A stretch of 63,296 bases of DNA, the filler included. It is 4 parts of 4 records of this genome, joined end to end, with 100 filler letters (N's around TTAATTAATTAA, not from the genome) between each part and the next. Parts side by side here need not be neighbours in the genome. Positions count along the whole stretch, not along the records: positions 16,704 to 34,738 come from DRR378314_815; positions 34,839 to 43,648 come from DRR378314_817; 2 more parts are not named here. The stretch is one strand, 5' to 3'. Under the pieces are notes generated by a model. It saw nothing but the letters and a program-made list of their open reading frames with translations. It did no database searches and was not told the origin of the DNA. The stretch's first letter is position 1. Each line of letters opens with the position of its first letter. Both the position numbers and the translations under genes were made by a program. Below are positions 31,164 to 40,267 of this stretch, one piece after another.

Positions 31164-31173
31164 GACCAGATAC

Positions 31174-31202
31174 AAAAAAACCGGGCAAGAGACCTGCCCG
31201 GC
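31174..31202 (-). terminator. Terminator after fbaA
   Basis: CCGGGCAGG-TCT-CTTGCCCGG stem followed by T7 on the minus strand. Confidence 0.85.
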
Positions 31203-31229
31203 TTTGAATAACATTCTGAAATTTCAGCG

Positions 31230-32300
31230 TTATTTTGCGATTGATTTACCGGTTGAGCCAAGCTCCCGGAAGGCCTGACCCAGACGCTCAATCATTTTAT
31301 CTTCACCCATCCGCAACCATTTACGGGGATCATACAGCTTCTTGAGTGGCTCTTCTGTTTCCGGATGGATCTGATGTTCAAACGCCACCATGTTTTCTTT
31401 CACAAAGGCGCCAACCCCTTCAGCAAATGCAAACTGGGTGTCAGTATCAATATTCATTTTGAAGACGCCATATTCGATGGCTTCTGAAATTTTCTGCGGC
31501 TCAGAACCGGATCCACCGTGAAACACCAGATCCAAAGGTTTGTCCGACAGGGAGTGGGTCTTTGATACCAGCTCCTGTGAGGCTTTAAGGATTTCTGGAC
31601 GCAATTTCACATTACCCGGTTTATAAACCCCGTGCACATTTCCAAAAGACGCTGCGATCGAGAAATGACCAATTGGGTTCAGGCGATCATACGCCTCCAG
31701 AACATCTTCAGGCTGGGTGTAAAGTTTGCTGTTATCCATGCTGTCGATATCACTACCGACACCATCTTCTTCACCGCCTGTAATGCCCAGTTCAATCTCG
31801 ATGCTCATATCCAGCTCGACTGCCCGCTTCAGGAGCCGTGCAGATTCGCTCAGATTGTCATCAAGGGATTCTTCTGACAAATCCACCATGTGAGAGGTAA
31901 ATAGCGGAATACCGTTTTTCTTCTTATAGTCCGCACCTGCATCAAACAGCCGATCTACCCAGGGGATCAGTTTGCGGTTTGCATGGTCTGTGTGAAGAAT
32001 GGCGCAAATGCCATAATGCTTGGCCAGAAGATGCACATGCTGGGCAGCCGCGACCGCCCCATAAAGCATCGCATCATCGCTATTGGGCATGCCTTTTCCG
32101 GCGTAGAAAGTTGCGCCGCCGTTGGACAACTGGATGATCACATCCGATCCGTTTTTGGCAGCCGCTTCCATGACCGCATTGATACTGTCGGTACCGACTA
32201 CATTGACAGCCGGAAGCGCAAAGCCACCCGCCTTACAGTTACTCACCAGTTTCTGGTATTCCTCACCAAAAACGACACCTGCTGGAAGTTGTAGAGACAC
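31230..32300 (-). CDS. fbaA: Class II fructose-bisphosphate aldolase (E. coli FbaA type)
   Basis: LHTDHA, EIELGITGGEEDG, SFGNVHGVYKPG, VFHGGSGS, KMNIDTD, YDPRKWLR; GTG start at 32300 after GAGGA. Confidence 0.95.
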   Translation of the reverse strand: MSLQLPAGVVFGEEYQKLVSNCKAGGFALPAVNVVGTDSINAVMEAAAKNGSDVIIQLSNGGATFYAGKGMPNSDDAMLYGAVAAAQHVHLLAKHYGICAILHTDHANRKLIPWVDRLFDAGADYKKKNGIPLFTSHMVDLSEESLDDNLSESARLLKRAVELDMSIEIELGITGGEEDGVGSDIDSMDNSKLYTQPEDVLEAYDRLNPIGHFSIAASFGNVHGVYKPGNVKLRPEILKASQELVSKTHSLSDKPLDLVFHGGSGSEPQKISEAIEYGVFKMNIDTDTQFAFAEGVGAFVKENMVAFEHQIHPETEEPLKKLYDPRKWLRMGEDKMIERLGQAFRELGSTGKSIAK

Positions 32301-32568
32301 GGTTCTAATCCTCACTCGTTCTTCAGGAAACGCCCAGCCGTCGGCCGGGAGACCCCAATTCAGTTAAACCTAACTTCAAATCGAAAAGCTGTCTTTCGGT
32401 AAACTTGTTCCGAACGATCCAGACACCGTCATCAGGTAACCGGCCGATTTGGCGAACCTGGCGATGTATCAGGGTCTATTTTCAGGCAAGTGTCTAAGCC
32501 AACAGGCTCACCCCCAACCAGAAGACATTCTCTTCACTTAAATTGCCAGAACTCTATAAACCGTCTTG

Positions 32569-32673
32569 GGGTTCCTATCAAGTTCGGATCACGCGGATCG
32601 AGCGACACCTTGATCCGCAGCGCTGTTTTCAACCAGTTATGCCAGGCCATCGTGGTGAGTTGAATTAAGACCC
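32569..32673. repeat. Possible miniature inverted-repeat element (about 105 bp)
   Basis: Imperfect terminal inverted repeats GGGTTCCTATCAA / TTGAATTAAGACCC and internal hairpin GCGGATCGAG-CGACAC-CTTGATCCGC. Confidence 0.3.
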
Positions 32674-32675
32674 GT

Positions 32676-33455
32676 TCATGTCCCTTGAAATTGAGCGGCT
32701 CGTTGCTCCAAAAAGGCGCGGGGCCCCTCCTTCGCATCAAAACCTGTTTTAAGCTCCTGATTAACTTCAATTTCTTCTCGAAACCTGGCTTCGAAGGCCG
32801 CTTCATCATTGCCATCCACCAATCTGCGGGCTTCGACCAATGCCCGTGTCGGGCCTTTGGCCAAGCGCTTCGCAAAAGAGAGACTTTCCGCCATCAACTC
32901 ATCGGGCTCATAAACCCTGTTGACGATCCCCCACTCCGCCGCGGCTTGCGCCGAAATCGGATCGTTACTCATAATATATTCCAGTGCCCGAAATCGGCCG
33001 ATTATCCGGGGCAACAGATATGTCGATCCCAGATCCGGGCTTAGGCCAATCCGGCTGAAGACCTGAATAAACTTCGCGGTTGAGGCGGCAAAAATCACAT
33101 CTGCGGTTAAAGCCAGTGAAAAACCACCCCCCGCAGCGGTGCCGTTTACCGCTGCAACTACGGGCACCCGGCAACTTCGAATGCCCTGAAAAGCCTTATG
33201 GTAACAATCCATGATTTGGCCAACAACATCATCACCCGCCGGCCGACTTCTCAAATCCTGCCCAGAGCAAAACCCCCGTCCAGCCCCGGTTAAAATCAGG
33301 CAGCAAATTGTCGGCTCCTGTTCAATACGTGCCAGCACCTCCTGAACTTCATACATCATATCAAAAGTCAGCGCATTTAACGTTTCAGGCTTGGTTAGCT
33401 GCAATACGCCCACGCCCTCATCAACAGTGAAGGAAATACTTGAGAAATTCGTCAT
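32676..33455 (-). CDS. Enoyl-CoA hydratase/isomerase (PaaG-like)
   Basis: GRGFCSGQDL, AVNGTAAGGG, FSRIGLSPDLG, EGPRAFLEQR. Confidence 0.93.
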   Translation of the reverse strand: MTNFSSISFTVDEGVGVLQLTKPETLNALTFDMMYEVQEVLARIEQEPTICCLILTGAGRGFCSGQDLRSRPAGDDVVGQIMDCYHKAFQGIRSCRVPVVAAVNGTAAGGGFSLALTADVIFAASTAKFIQVFSRIGLSPDLGSTYLLPRIIGRFRALEYIMSNDPISAQAAAEWGIVNRVYEPDELMAESLSFAKRLAKGPTRALVEARRLVDGNDEAAFEARFREEIEVNQELKTGFDAKEGPRAFLEQRAAQFQGT

Positions 33456-33486
33456 ATCAGCCTCTTTTTAAATGAGTTTACGTGGT

Positions 33487-34674
33487 TTACTTTTGACCTT
33501 GGCTCGCCAGAATTTCGGCAATCTCCGCATCTGAACATCCGACTTCCTGTAATATTTCTGCCGTATGCTCTCCCAGACCGGGGGGCAGCCGCCGAATGGT
33601 TGATGGGGTTTGGGAAAAGCGGGTTGGCGGATCCGTCATTCTCAGTGCACCTTCCGTCGGATGATCGGCAATATGCCAAAACCCGGATGCTGCCAGTTGT
33701 TCATCTTCCAACAACTCTTCCTTACTCAGGACCCGCTGAACCGGTATACTCGCCGCTCTCAAGCTTTGCTCCCACGCATCACTGGTGCGGGTTGCAACAA
33801 TTTCCTCCAGCAACCCATATATTTCTTCCGAATACTCAACGCGGGTGGAATGATCAGCAAACCGAGGATCCTTTTGCAGATCATCACGCCCGGCAATCTC
33901 CAGAAAATCCCGCCAGTTTTGATCTGTGTAGGGCAACACGGCCAGATAACCATCCAATGTGGCATATGGTTTGCGCATAGTGTTCAGAAGACGCCGATAG
34001 CCCATTTTGTCGATCGGTGGATCAAAACAGGCGCCGTTCAGATGCTCCACCATGACAAAGTCTACCAGACTTTCAAACATGGGAACTTCAATCGCTTGAC
34101 CACCTGCCCCTTTTTCACGGGCAAAGAGCGCCCCCAGAATTCCCGACACCACATGAAAGGCCGATGTTTTGTCCGCCATCACCGTCGGGACATATCTTGG
34201 CTGATCTGAAGAGATCGTCTGCAGGTCCGCAATCCCGCTGGCCGCCTGTATGATATCGTCGTAAGCAGGATCATTGGCCCTGGGACCTGATTTTCGATAG
34301 CCATAAGTTGCACAATAAATCAGATCTGGAAATTGACTGTGGATCTGCTCATATTCCAGTTCCAGCTTCTGCATGACCCGCGGCCGAAAATTATGCACCA
34401 GAACATCCGCCGTAGCGAGAATACGAAACAACGAAGCCCGTCCGGCCTCTGAGGTCAGATCAAGCGCCACGCTCCGTTTATTGCGGTTGATCGACAGATA
34501 AAGCGACGCCATTGCCGGATTTCGCCGGGGGCCGGCATGCCGGGTCGTATCCCCCTGCAGGGTTTCAACCTTGATGACATCCGCCCCCATATCCCCGAGC
34601 ATCTGGGTCGCCCAAGGCCCCAGGACGACTGTTGTTAAATCAACAACTCTAACACCTGATAGACATCCCTGCAT
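33487..34674 (-). CDS. CaiB/BaiF family (class III) CoA transferase
   Basis: LSGVRVVDLT, LGDMGADVIKVE, NRNKRS, HNFRP, PAYDDIIQA, PPGLGEHT. Confidence 0.94.
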   Translation of the reverse strand: MQGCLSGVRVVDLTTVVLGPWATQMLGDMGADVIKVETLQGDTTRHAGPRRNPAMASLYLSINRNKRSVALDLTSEAGRASLFRILATADVLVHNFRPRVMQKLELEYEQIHSQFPDLIYCATYGYRKSGPRANDPAYDDIIQAASGIADLQTISSDQPRYVPTVMADKTSAFHVVSGILGALFAREKGAGGQAIEVPMFESLVDFVMVEHLNGACFDPPIDKMGYRRLLNTMRKPYATLDGYLAVLPYTDQNWRDFLEIAGRDDLQKDPRFADHSTRVEYSEEIYGLLEEIVATRTSDAWEQSLRAASIPVQRVLSKEELLEDEQLAASGFWHIADHPTEGALRMTDPPTRFSQTPSTIRRLPPGLGEHTAEILQEVGCSDAEIAEILASQGQK

Positions 34675-34738
34675 TTCATCCCCCTTGTTATTTTTTGTCG
34701 CCAGCCCTTTTTTTTCAGCCGCGTTTAGCGATCTGCTC

Positions 34739-34838
34739 NNNNNNNNNNNNNNNNNNNNNNNNNNNNNNNNNNNNNNNNNNNNTTAATTAATTAANNNNNN
34801 NNNNNNNNNNNNNNNNNNNNNNNNNNNNNNNNNNNNNN
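34739..34838. other. Artificial contig spacer
   Basis: N-run with TTAATTAATTAA linker. Confidence 0.99.
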
Positions 34839-35223
34839 TCATGTCGTTGTCGATCGCCTGCTTGCCGGTCAGAACCAGACCGGGCTGCTCTTCGTCAACA
34901 ATCGCCTTGAGGATCTTGGCCACAGCCAGGGGTTCGATGTCGTTATGTACATCGTCAGTGGCGACAACAAGGATCGCACGATCCGCACCCATCGCCAAAG
35001 CGGTCCGCAGGGTTTCCTGCGACTGTTTGACACCGATGGAAACCACGACGATTTCATCAACCTGCCCGGCCTCTTTCAGACGGATCGCCTGTTCGACGGA
35101 AATTTCGTCAAACGGGTTCATCGACATTTTTACGTTGGCAAGATCAACACCCGATCCGTCCGCTTTGACGCGCACTTTCACGTTGTAATCAATCACGCGT
35201 TTGACAGGTACAAGCACCTTCAT
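34839..35223 (-). CDS. etfB: Electron transfer flavoprotein beta subunit, 3'-truncated
   Basis: [37 protein letters not shown]. Confidence 0.97.
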
Positions 35224-35378
35224 GAGCGTTCTCTCCTTGGTTACTGCGCGCCCTGTTTGGCCGCGCGATTCAATTCTCTTGAGCAGGTTTAGCGAAAGCA
35301 CTTGCGGCGAAACAGGGAAAAATCGTCCTTTATCGACCTAAGAACGCCGCGTTTCCGGGTGTTAGCGCTGTCAACCTC

Positions 35379-35951
35379 TCAGCGGTTCGCCCCCGGCACC
35401 CAAAGCACATCATCCTTGCCGCCATTGTTCGACATCCGGGCCGCGACAAAGAACCAATCACTCAGCCGATTCAGGTATTTCACAGCCGCCGGGTTGATCT
35501 CTTCCTGTTCTGCCAAAAGCACGGCCAGCCGTTCCGCGCGCCGTGCCACGGTGCGGCAGACATGCAGATGGGCAGCCAGCGCGGTGCCGCCGGGCAGGAT
35601 AAAACTGCGCAGCGGATCAAGGCTGGTGTTCATCACGTCAATCTCGGCTTCCAGCCGGTCAACCTGTGCGCTTGCCAATCGCAGGGGCGGATATTCCGCA
35701 TCCTTGTCCGCCGCCATATCAGGGCGGCACAGGTCCGCGCCCAGATCAAACAGATCATTTTGAATGCGCGAAAGGGCGGCATCGGTTTCCCCGGTTGCTT
35801 CCAATCGGGCCACCCCGACAAAGCAGTTCAATTCATCCGAGGTGCCATAGGCTTCTACCCGCGCATTATATTTCGCCACGCGGTCCCCGTTGCCAAGCGC
35901 GGTTGTGCCGCTGTCACCGGTGCGCGTGTAGATCTTGTTCAGGACAACCAT
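35379..35951 (-). CDS. PduO-type cob(I)alamin adenosyltransferase
   Basis: KIYTRTGDSGTT, YGTSDELN, FILPGG, RTVARRAER, YLNRLSD. Confidence 0.95.
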   Translation of the reverse strand: MVVLNKIYTRTGDSGTTALGNGDRVAKYNARVEAYGTSDELNCFVGVARLEATGETDAALSRIQNDLFDLGADLCRPDMAADKDAEYPPLRLASAQVDRLEAEIDVMNTSLDPLRSFILPGGTALAAHLHVCRTVARRAERLAVLLAEQEEINPAAVKYLNRLSDWFFVAARMSNNGGKDDVLWVPGANR

Positions 35952-36157
35952 CAGCCAAATCCTCCGCGCAGCCAGACAAAGCCGACAATCAACAACACGG
36001 CAACAAACTGGGCACCGATCCGATAGCGCATCAACTTGTTGGCGTTCTTTTTGTTAAAGGCCCCGCCACCGGCAAATCCACCCAGACCGATCATCAAAAT
36101 GATGGCAACGGCACAGACCGCCAGTAGCAGAATAATAAACAGCGGATCATCAGTCAT
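35951..36157 (-). CDS. Twin transmembrane helix small protein (HIG1-like)
   Basis: TM-GGAFNKKNANKLMRYRIGAQ-TM. Confidence 0.88.
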   Translation of the reverse strand: MTDDPLFIILLLAVCAVAIILMIGLGGFAGGGAFNKKNANKLMRYRIGAQFVAVLLIVGFVWLRGGFG

Positions 36158-36218
36158 CGGGCATCCCTTCGGCTTGTCCTGAAAGATGTAGCCGGTGAAG
36201 CGCACAACGCAAGGCTTG

Positions 36219-37058
36219 TCAGCGGCTCAATACCCAATCCAGGGCACGGGTGGGCAGGATACGGCGCAGCATACCAGACAGATAGGTCGGCAGTGTGACG
36301 TAATAGCGCGGGCGGGGCCGGGGGCTTTCAACCGCGTGGATCAGCCGTTTGGTAACGGCGTCAGGGGGCAGCTCGAAGCGGTCCGGCCCGGATGATTCGT
36401 AGAGCCGTTTCAACAGGGAGCGCTGATATTGCTCTGCACGGGCAGAGTTTTTCCAATCCACCCAGCGTTCAAAATGCGGAATCGAATTGACCCTGATCTT
36501 TGAGGTCACCGGTCCGGGTTCAATCAGACAGATATGCACACCGGTCCCGCGCATTTCGATGCGCAACGTGTCGGTCAGCCCCTCAAGCGCAAATTTGGTG
36601 GCGTTATAGGCACCACGCCACGGCATGGTGACAAACCCCAAAACGGAAGAACATTGCACAATGCGCCCACCGCCCTGTGCCCGCATCACTGGAATCACCG
36701 CGCGGGTCAGGCTGTGCCAGCCGAAAAAGTTGCTCTCGAAAATCGCGCGCAGGGCATCTGTCGGCAAATCCTCAACCGCGCCGGGCAAACCATGTGCACC
36801 GTTGTTGAACAACGCATCCAAAGTGCCACCGGTCGCTTTCAATACCTCGGCCAATGCGCTCTGAATTGTCGCTTCATCCGTGTAATCCAGCAGCGGGGCC
36901 TCGAACCCTTCTTCTTTCAATCTTGCGCAATCTTCGGGTTTGCGACAGGCGGCAAACACCCGCCAGCCCTGTGCGCGCATGCCATGGGCCGCGTCATAAC
37001 CGATGCCGCTGGAGCAGCCAGTGATCAGGATCGACTTTGCAGGGGGGACGTCAGACAT
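36219..37058 (-). CDS. Short-chain dehydrogenase/reductase
   Basis: TGCSSGIG, NNGA, YNATK. Confidence 0.93.
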   Translation of the reverse strand: MSDVPPAKSILITGCSSGIGYDAAHGMRAQGWRVFAACRKPEDCARLKEEGFEAPLLDYTDEATIQSALAEVLKATGGTLDALFNNGAHGLPGAVEDLPTDALRAIFESNFFGWHSLTRAVIPVMRAQGGGRIVQCSSVLGFVTMPWRGAYNATKFALEGLTDTLRIEMRGTGVHICLIEPGPVTSKIRVNSIPHFERWVDWKNSARAEQYQRSLLKRLYESSGPDRFELPPDAVTKRLIHAVESPRPRPRYYVTLPTYLSGMLRRILPTRALDWVLSR

Positions 37059-37115
37059 GAAAAAAGCCTCCGGTTGGGAAGGCTTTCATCGCGTGCAATG
37101 CTCTGGATGGCAAGT

Positions 37116-37742
37116 TCAGCCGCTGGTCAGCAGGAAATCCGCCATCCAACCGCCGGTGCCGCCGTCAAGTGGCTGAAACCGGACCCAGCCATTGCCGTCG
37201 TCCTGAATGATCTTCACCTGATCACCCTGCACCAGCCGCGAGACCACGCCAAAATCCGTGCCCGGTCCGCCGCGCACATTCACGCGGTTGCCGGTTACGG
37301 TGCGAATATCCTCAGAGCTGCCCGCGTCTGTGCCGCGCAGATCGGATACGCCGTCTGTCGGGTCAATCAGGCTGGGGATGATCGCCGGTGTATCAGCGGA
37401 AGAGGTCACAAGGCTGGCATTCTGCGGCACGAGTTCAGCGTCAGTTGCGGCAAAGCCGCTATCGCTCTCTGTCGCGACATCACCCAGAGATGTCAGGTTC
37501 AGCGACACCCGCGTCACGCCATTGTCCAGAGGCGGGTCTGTGTCCACCACAGGTTTTGGGGCGGCGGCAACCACAACTGGTTCAGGCTGGGTATAGATCT
37601 TTTTCTGGGTAACGACGGGGGCCGGTTCAGCCGCTTCAAGCCGCGCCTGTTTAATCGCGCTGGCATCAAAATCAGACCCCCCACTCATTTCATAGAAGGT
37701 CCAGCCCAAAAAGCCGAACGAAACCAAAATAAACCTTACCAT
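37116..37742 (-). CDS. Bacterial SH3 domain protein with N-terminal membrane anchor
   Basis: FYEMSGGSDF; C-terminal VNVRGGPGT...GW...GWMADFL. Confidence 0.88.
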   Translation of the reverse strand: MVRFILVSFGFLGWTFYEMSGGSDFDASAIKQARLEAAEPAPVVTQKKIYTQPEPVVVAAAPKPVVDTDPPLDNGVTRVSLNLTSLGDVATESDSGFAATDAELVPQNASLVTSSADTPAIIPSLIDPTDGVSDLRGTDAGSSEDIRTVTGNRVNVRGGPGTDFGVVSRLVQGDQVKIIQDDGNGWVRFQPLDGGTGGWMADFLLTSG

Positions 37743-37937
37743 CGTTACATCCCCGAGAATCTTCGTGTCACAAGCATAACACGTATTGCAGCTAAATGGT
37801 TCAATACCGCGTAAAATTCCTGAGTGCGCGGGGGAAACGACAAAAACTTCTCCCCCGTGGCATCTGTGCCGCGCTGCGGTGAACTTTGGCCAAACGACCG
37901 CTTGCTGTGGCTCGAAGGCGCCGCTACAAAACCTGCC

Positions 37938-40256
37938 ATGTCAGATGTAACCACCCCCCCCGAGACCGACCCGAAAAACGTCTCTGAACCGCTGCGCCTT
38001 GCGCTGGGCGAACGCTATCTGACCTATGCATTATCGACGATCATGCACCGTGCGCTGCCGGATGCCCGCGACGGGTTGAAACCGGTCCACCGCCGGATTC
38101 TCTATGCGATGCGCGAGCTGCGTTTGGCCTCAAACGGCGGGTTCCGTAAGTCTGCCAAGATCTCCGGCGATGTGATGGGGAACTATCACCCGCATGGTGA
38201 CGCCGCGATCTATGATGCGATGGCGCGTCTGGCACAGGATTTCAACGTTCGCTATCCGCTGGTCGACGGGCAGGGCAACTTTGGCAACATCGACGGCGAT
38301 AACCCCGCCGCCAGCCGCTATACCGAGGCGCGGATGACCGCCGTGGCCGAGGCCATGCTGGAAGGGCTCAACGAGAACGCGGTTGATTTTCGCGAAAACT
38401 ATGACGGGACGCTGACTGAGCCGGTTGTCCTGCCGGCACAGTTCCCGAATCTGCTGGCCAATGGGTCGACCGGTATCGCCGTGGGCATGGCGACCAATAT
38501 CCCGCCGCATAACATTTCCGAATTGTGTGATGCCTGTATCCACATGATCAAAGTGCCCGATTGCCGCGATGAAACCCTGTTGAACTATGTTCCCGGCCCC
38601 GATTTCCCGACCGGCGGTGTCATTGTCGAACCCAAGGAAAACATCGCAACCGCCTATGCCACCGGCAAGGGCGGCTTCCGGCTGCGCTGCCGTTGGGAGG
38701 TGGAGGATCTGGGGCGCGGGCAGTGGCAGATTGTGGTCACCGAAATTCCCTATCAGGTTCAGAAATCCAAGCTGATTGAAAAGATCGCAGAACTTATCCA
38801 GATCAAGAAGATCCCGATTCTGGCTGATGTGCGCGACGAATCTGCCGAAGATTTGCGCATGGTGATCGAACCGCGTTCCAAAAACGTTGATCCCGAAGTG
38901 CTGATGGGCATGTTGTTCCGCAACTGTGACCTTGAGGTGCGGTTTTCGCTGAACATGAACGTTTTGATCGACGGGGTAACACCCAAGGTCTGTTCGATGA
39001 AGGAAGTGCTGCGCGCTTTCCTTGATCACCGCCGCGAGGTCTTGCAGCGCCGCTCGACCCACCGGATGGAAAAGATTGACCACCGCCTTGAGGTGCTGGA
39101 AGGCTTTATCATTGCCTTCCTCAACCTTGACCGTGTGATCGACATCATCCGTTATGACGATGACCCCAAGGCCGCACTGATGCGCGAGGATTGGGGCCGC
39201 GATCATGTGCGTGCCATGAATGAATCGGATTATGTGTCTCCCCCTGCAGGGGAGGGCGAGCTGTCAGAAGTGCAGGCCGATGCGATTCTGAACATGCGTC
39301 TGCGGTCGTTGCGCCGTCTGGAAGAGCTGGAGCTGCTGCGCGAGCAATCCGCACTGATGGAAGAACGCGCAGGGCTTGAGGATTTGCTGGAAAGCGAAGA
39401 CCTGCAATGGCAAAGCATTACAGATCAGTTGCGCGCGACGAAAAAGCAGTTTGGCAAAGATTGGATCATCGACGGGGTTCCCTGTGGCAATCGCCGCACG
39501 ACATTTGCCGAAGCGGGCGTGATCGAAGAGGTGCCGCTTGAGGCGATGATCGACCGCGAGCCGATCACGGTTGTCTGTTCCGAAATGGGCTGGATTCGCG
39601 CAATGACCGGCCATATCGACCTGAACCGCGAGCTGAAGTTCAAGGACGGCGACGGGCCGGGATATATCTTTCACGCTGAAACCACTGACCGTTTGCTGGT
39701 CTTTGGTTCGAACGGCCGGTTTTATACCCTTTCCGCCTCAACCCTGCCCGGCGGGCGCGGCATGGGTGAACCGGTGCGCCTGATGGTGGATCTGCCCAAT
39801 GAGGCACAGATCGTGGCGCTGTTCATCCACCAGCCGGATCGCAAACTTTTGGTGGCCTCTTCTGCGGGGGACGGGTTCGTGGTGCCGGAAAACGACGTGG
39901 TGGCGCAGACACGGTCGGGCAAACAGGTGTTGAACGTGCGCGGGGATACCACGGCGCTGATATGTAAGCCGACGTCGGGGGATGCGGTGGCGACGGTGGG
40001 TGAAAACCGCAAGGTTCTGGTTTTCGCTCTGGACGAGCTGCCCGAAATGGCCCGCGGCAAAGGGGTACGTTTGCAGAAATACAAGGACGGTGGGTTGTCG
40101 GATGCCACCAGTTTTGTCCTTGAGGACGGGCTAAGCTGGCTGGATCCTGCCGGGCGCACGCGCACTGAAGTGGATCTAAGTGAATGGACCGGCAAACGCG
40201 CCAGCGCCGGACGGATGGCCCCGCGTGGTTTCCCGCGTGATAACAAGTTCACCTGA
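37938..40256 (+). CDS. parC: DNA topoisomerase IV subunit A
   Basis: RALPDARDGLKPVHRR, YHPHGDAAIY, AASRYTEAR; short C-terminal domain, no GyrA box seen. Confidence 0.95.
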   Translation: MSDVTTPPETDPKNVSEPLRLALGERYLTYALSTIMHRALPDARDGLKPVHRRILYAMRELRLASNGGFRKSAKISGDVMGNYHPHGDAAIYDAMARLAQDFNVRYPLVDGQGNFGNIDGDNPAASRYTEARMTAVAEAMLEGLNENAVDFRENYDGTLTEPVVLPAQFPNLLANGSTGIAVGMATNIPPHNISELCDACIHMIKVPDCRDETLLNYVPGPDFPTGGVIVEPKENIATAYATGKGGFRLRCRWEVEDLGRGQWQIVVTEIPYQVQKSKLIEKIAELIQIKKIPILADVRDESAEDLRMVIEPRSKNVDPEVLMGMLFRNCDLEVRFSLNMNVLIDGVTPKVCSMKEVLRAFLDHRREVLQRRSTHRMEKIDHRLEVLEGFIIAFLNLDRVIDIIRYDDDPKAALMREDWGRDHVRAMNESDYVSPPAGEGELSEVQADAILNMRLRSLRRLEELELLREQSALMEERAGLEDLLESEDLQWQSITDQLRATKKQFGKDWIIDGVPCGNRRTTFAEAGVIEEVPLEAMIDREPITVVCSEMGWIRAMTGHIDLNRELKFKDGDGPGYIFHAETTDRLLVFGSNGRFYTLSASTLPGGRGMGEPVRLMVDLPNEAQIVALFIHQPDRKLLVASSAGDGFVVPENDVVAQTRSGKQVLNVRGDTTALICKPTSGDAVATVGENRKVLVFALDELPEMARGKGVRLQKYKDGGLSDATSFVLEDGLSWLDPAGRTRTEVDLSEWTGKRASAGRMAPRGFPRDNKFT

Positions 40257-40267
40257 TCGCTGCGCTG

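Noticed and set aside
30560-31230. Prophage remnant explanation for the phage-like gene
   Set aside because: No integrase, structural genes, att-like repeats or decayed ORFs on either side; flanks are intact metabolic genes
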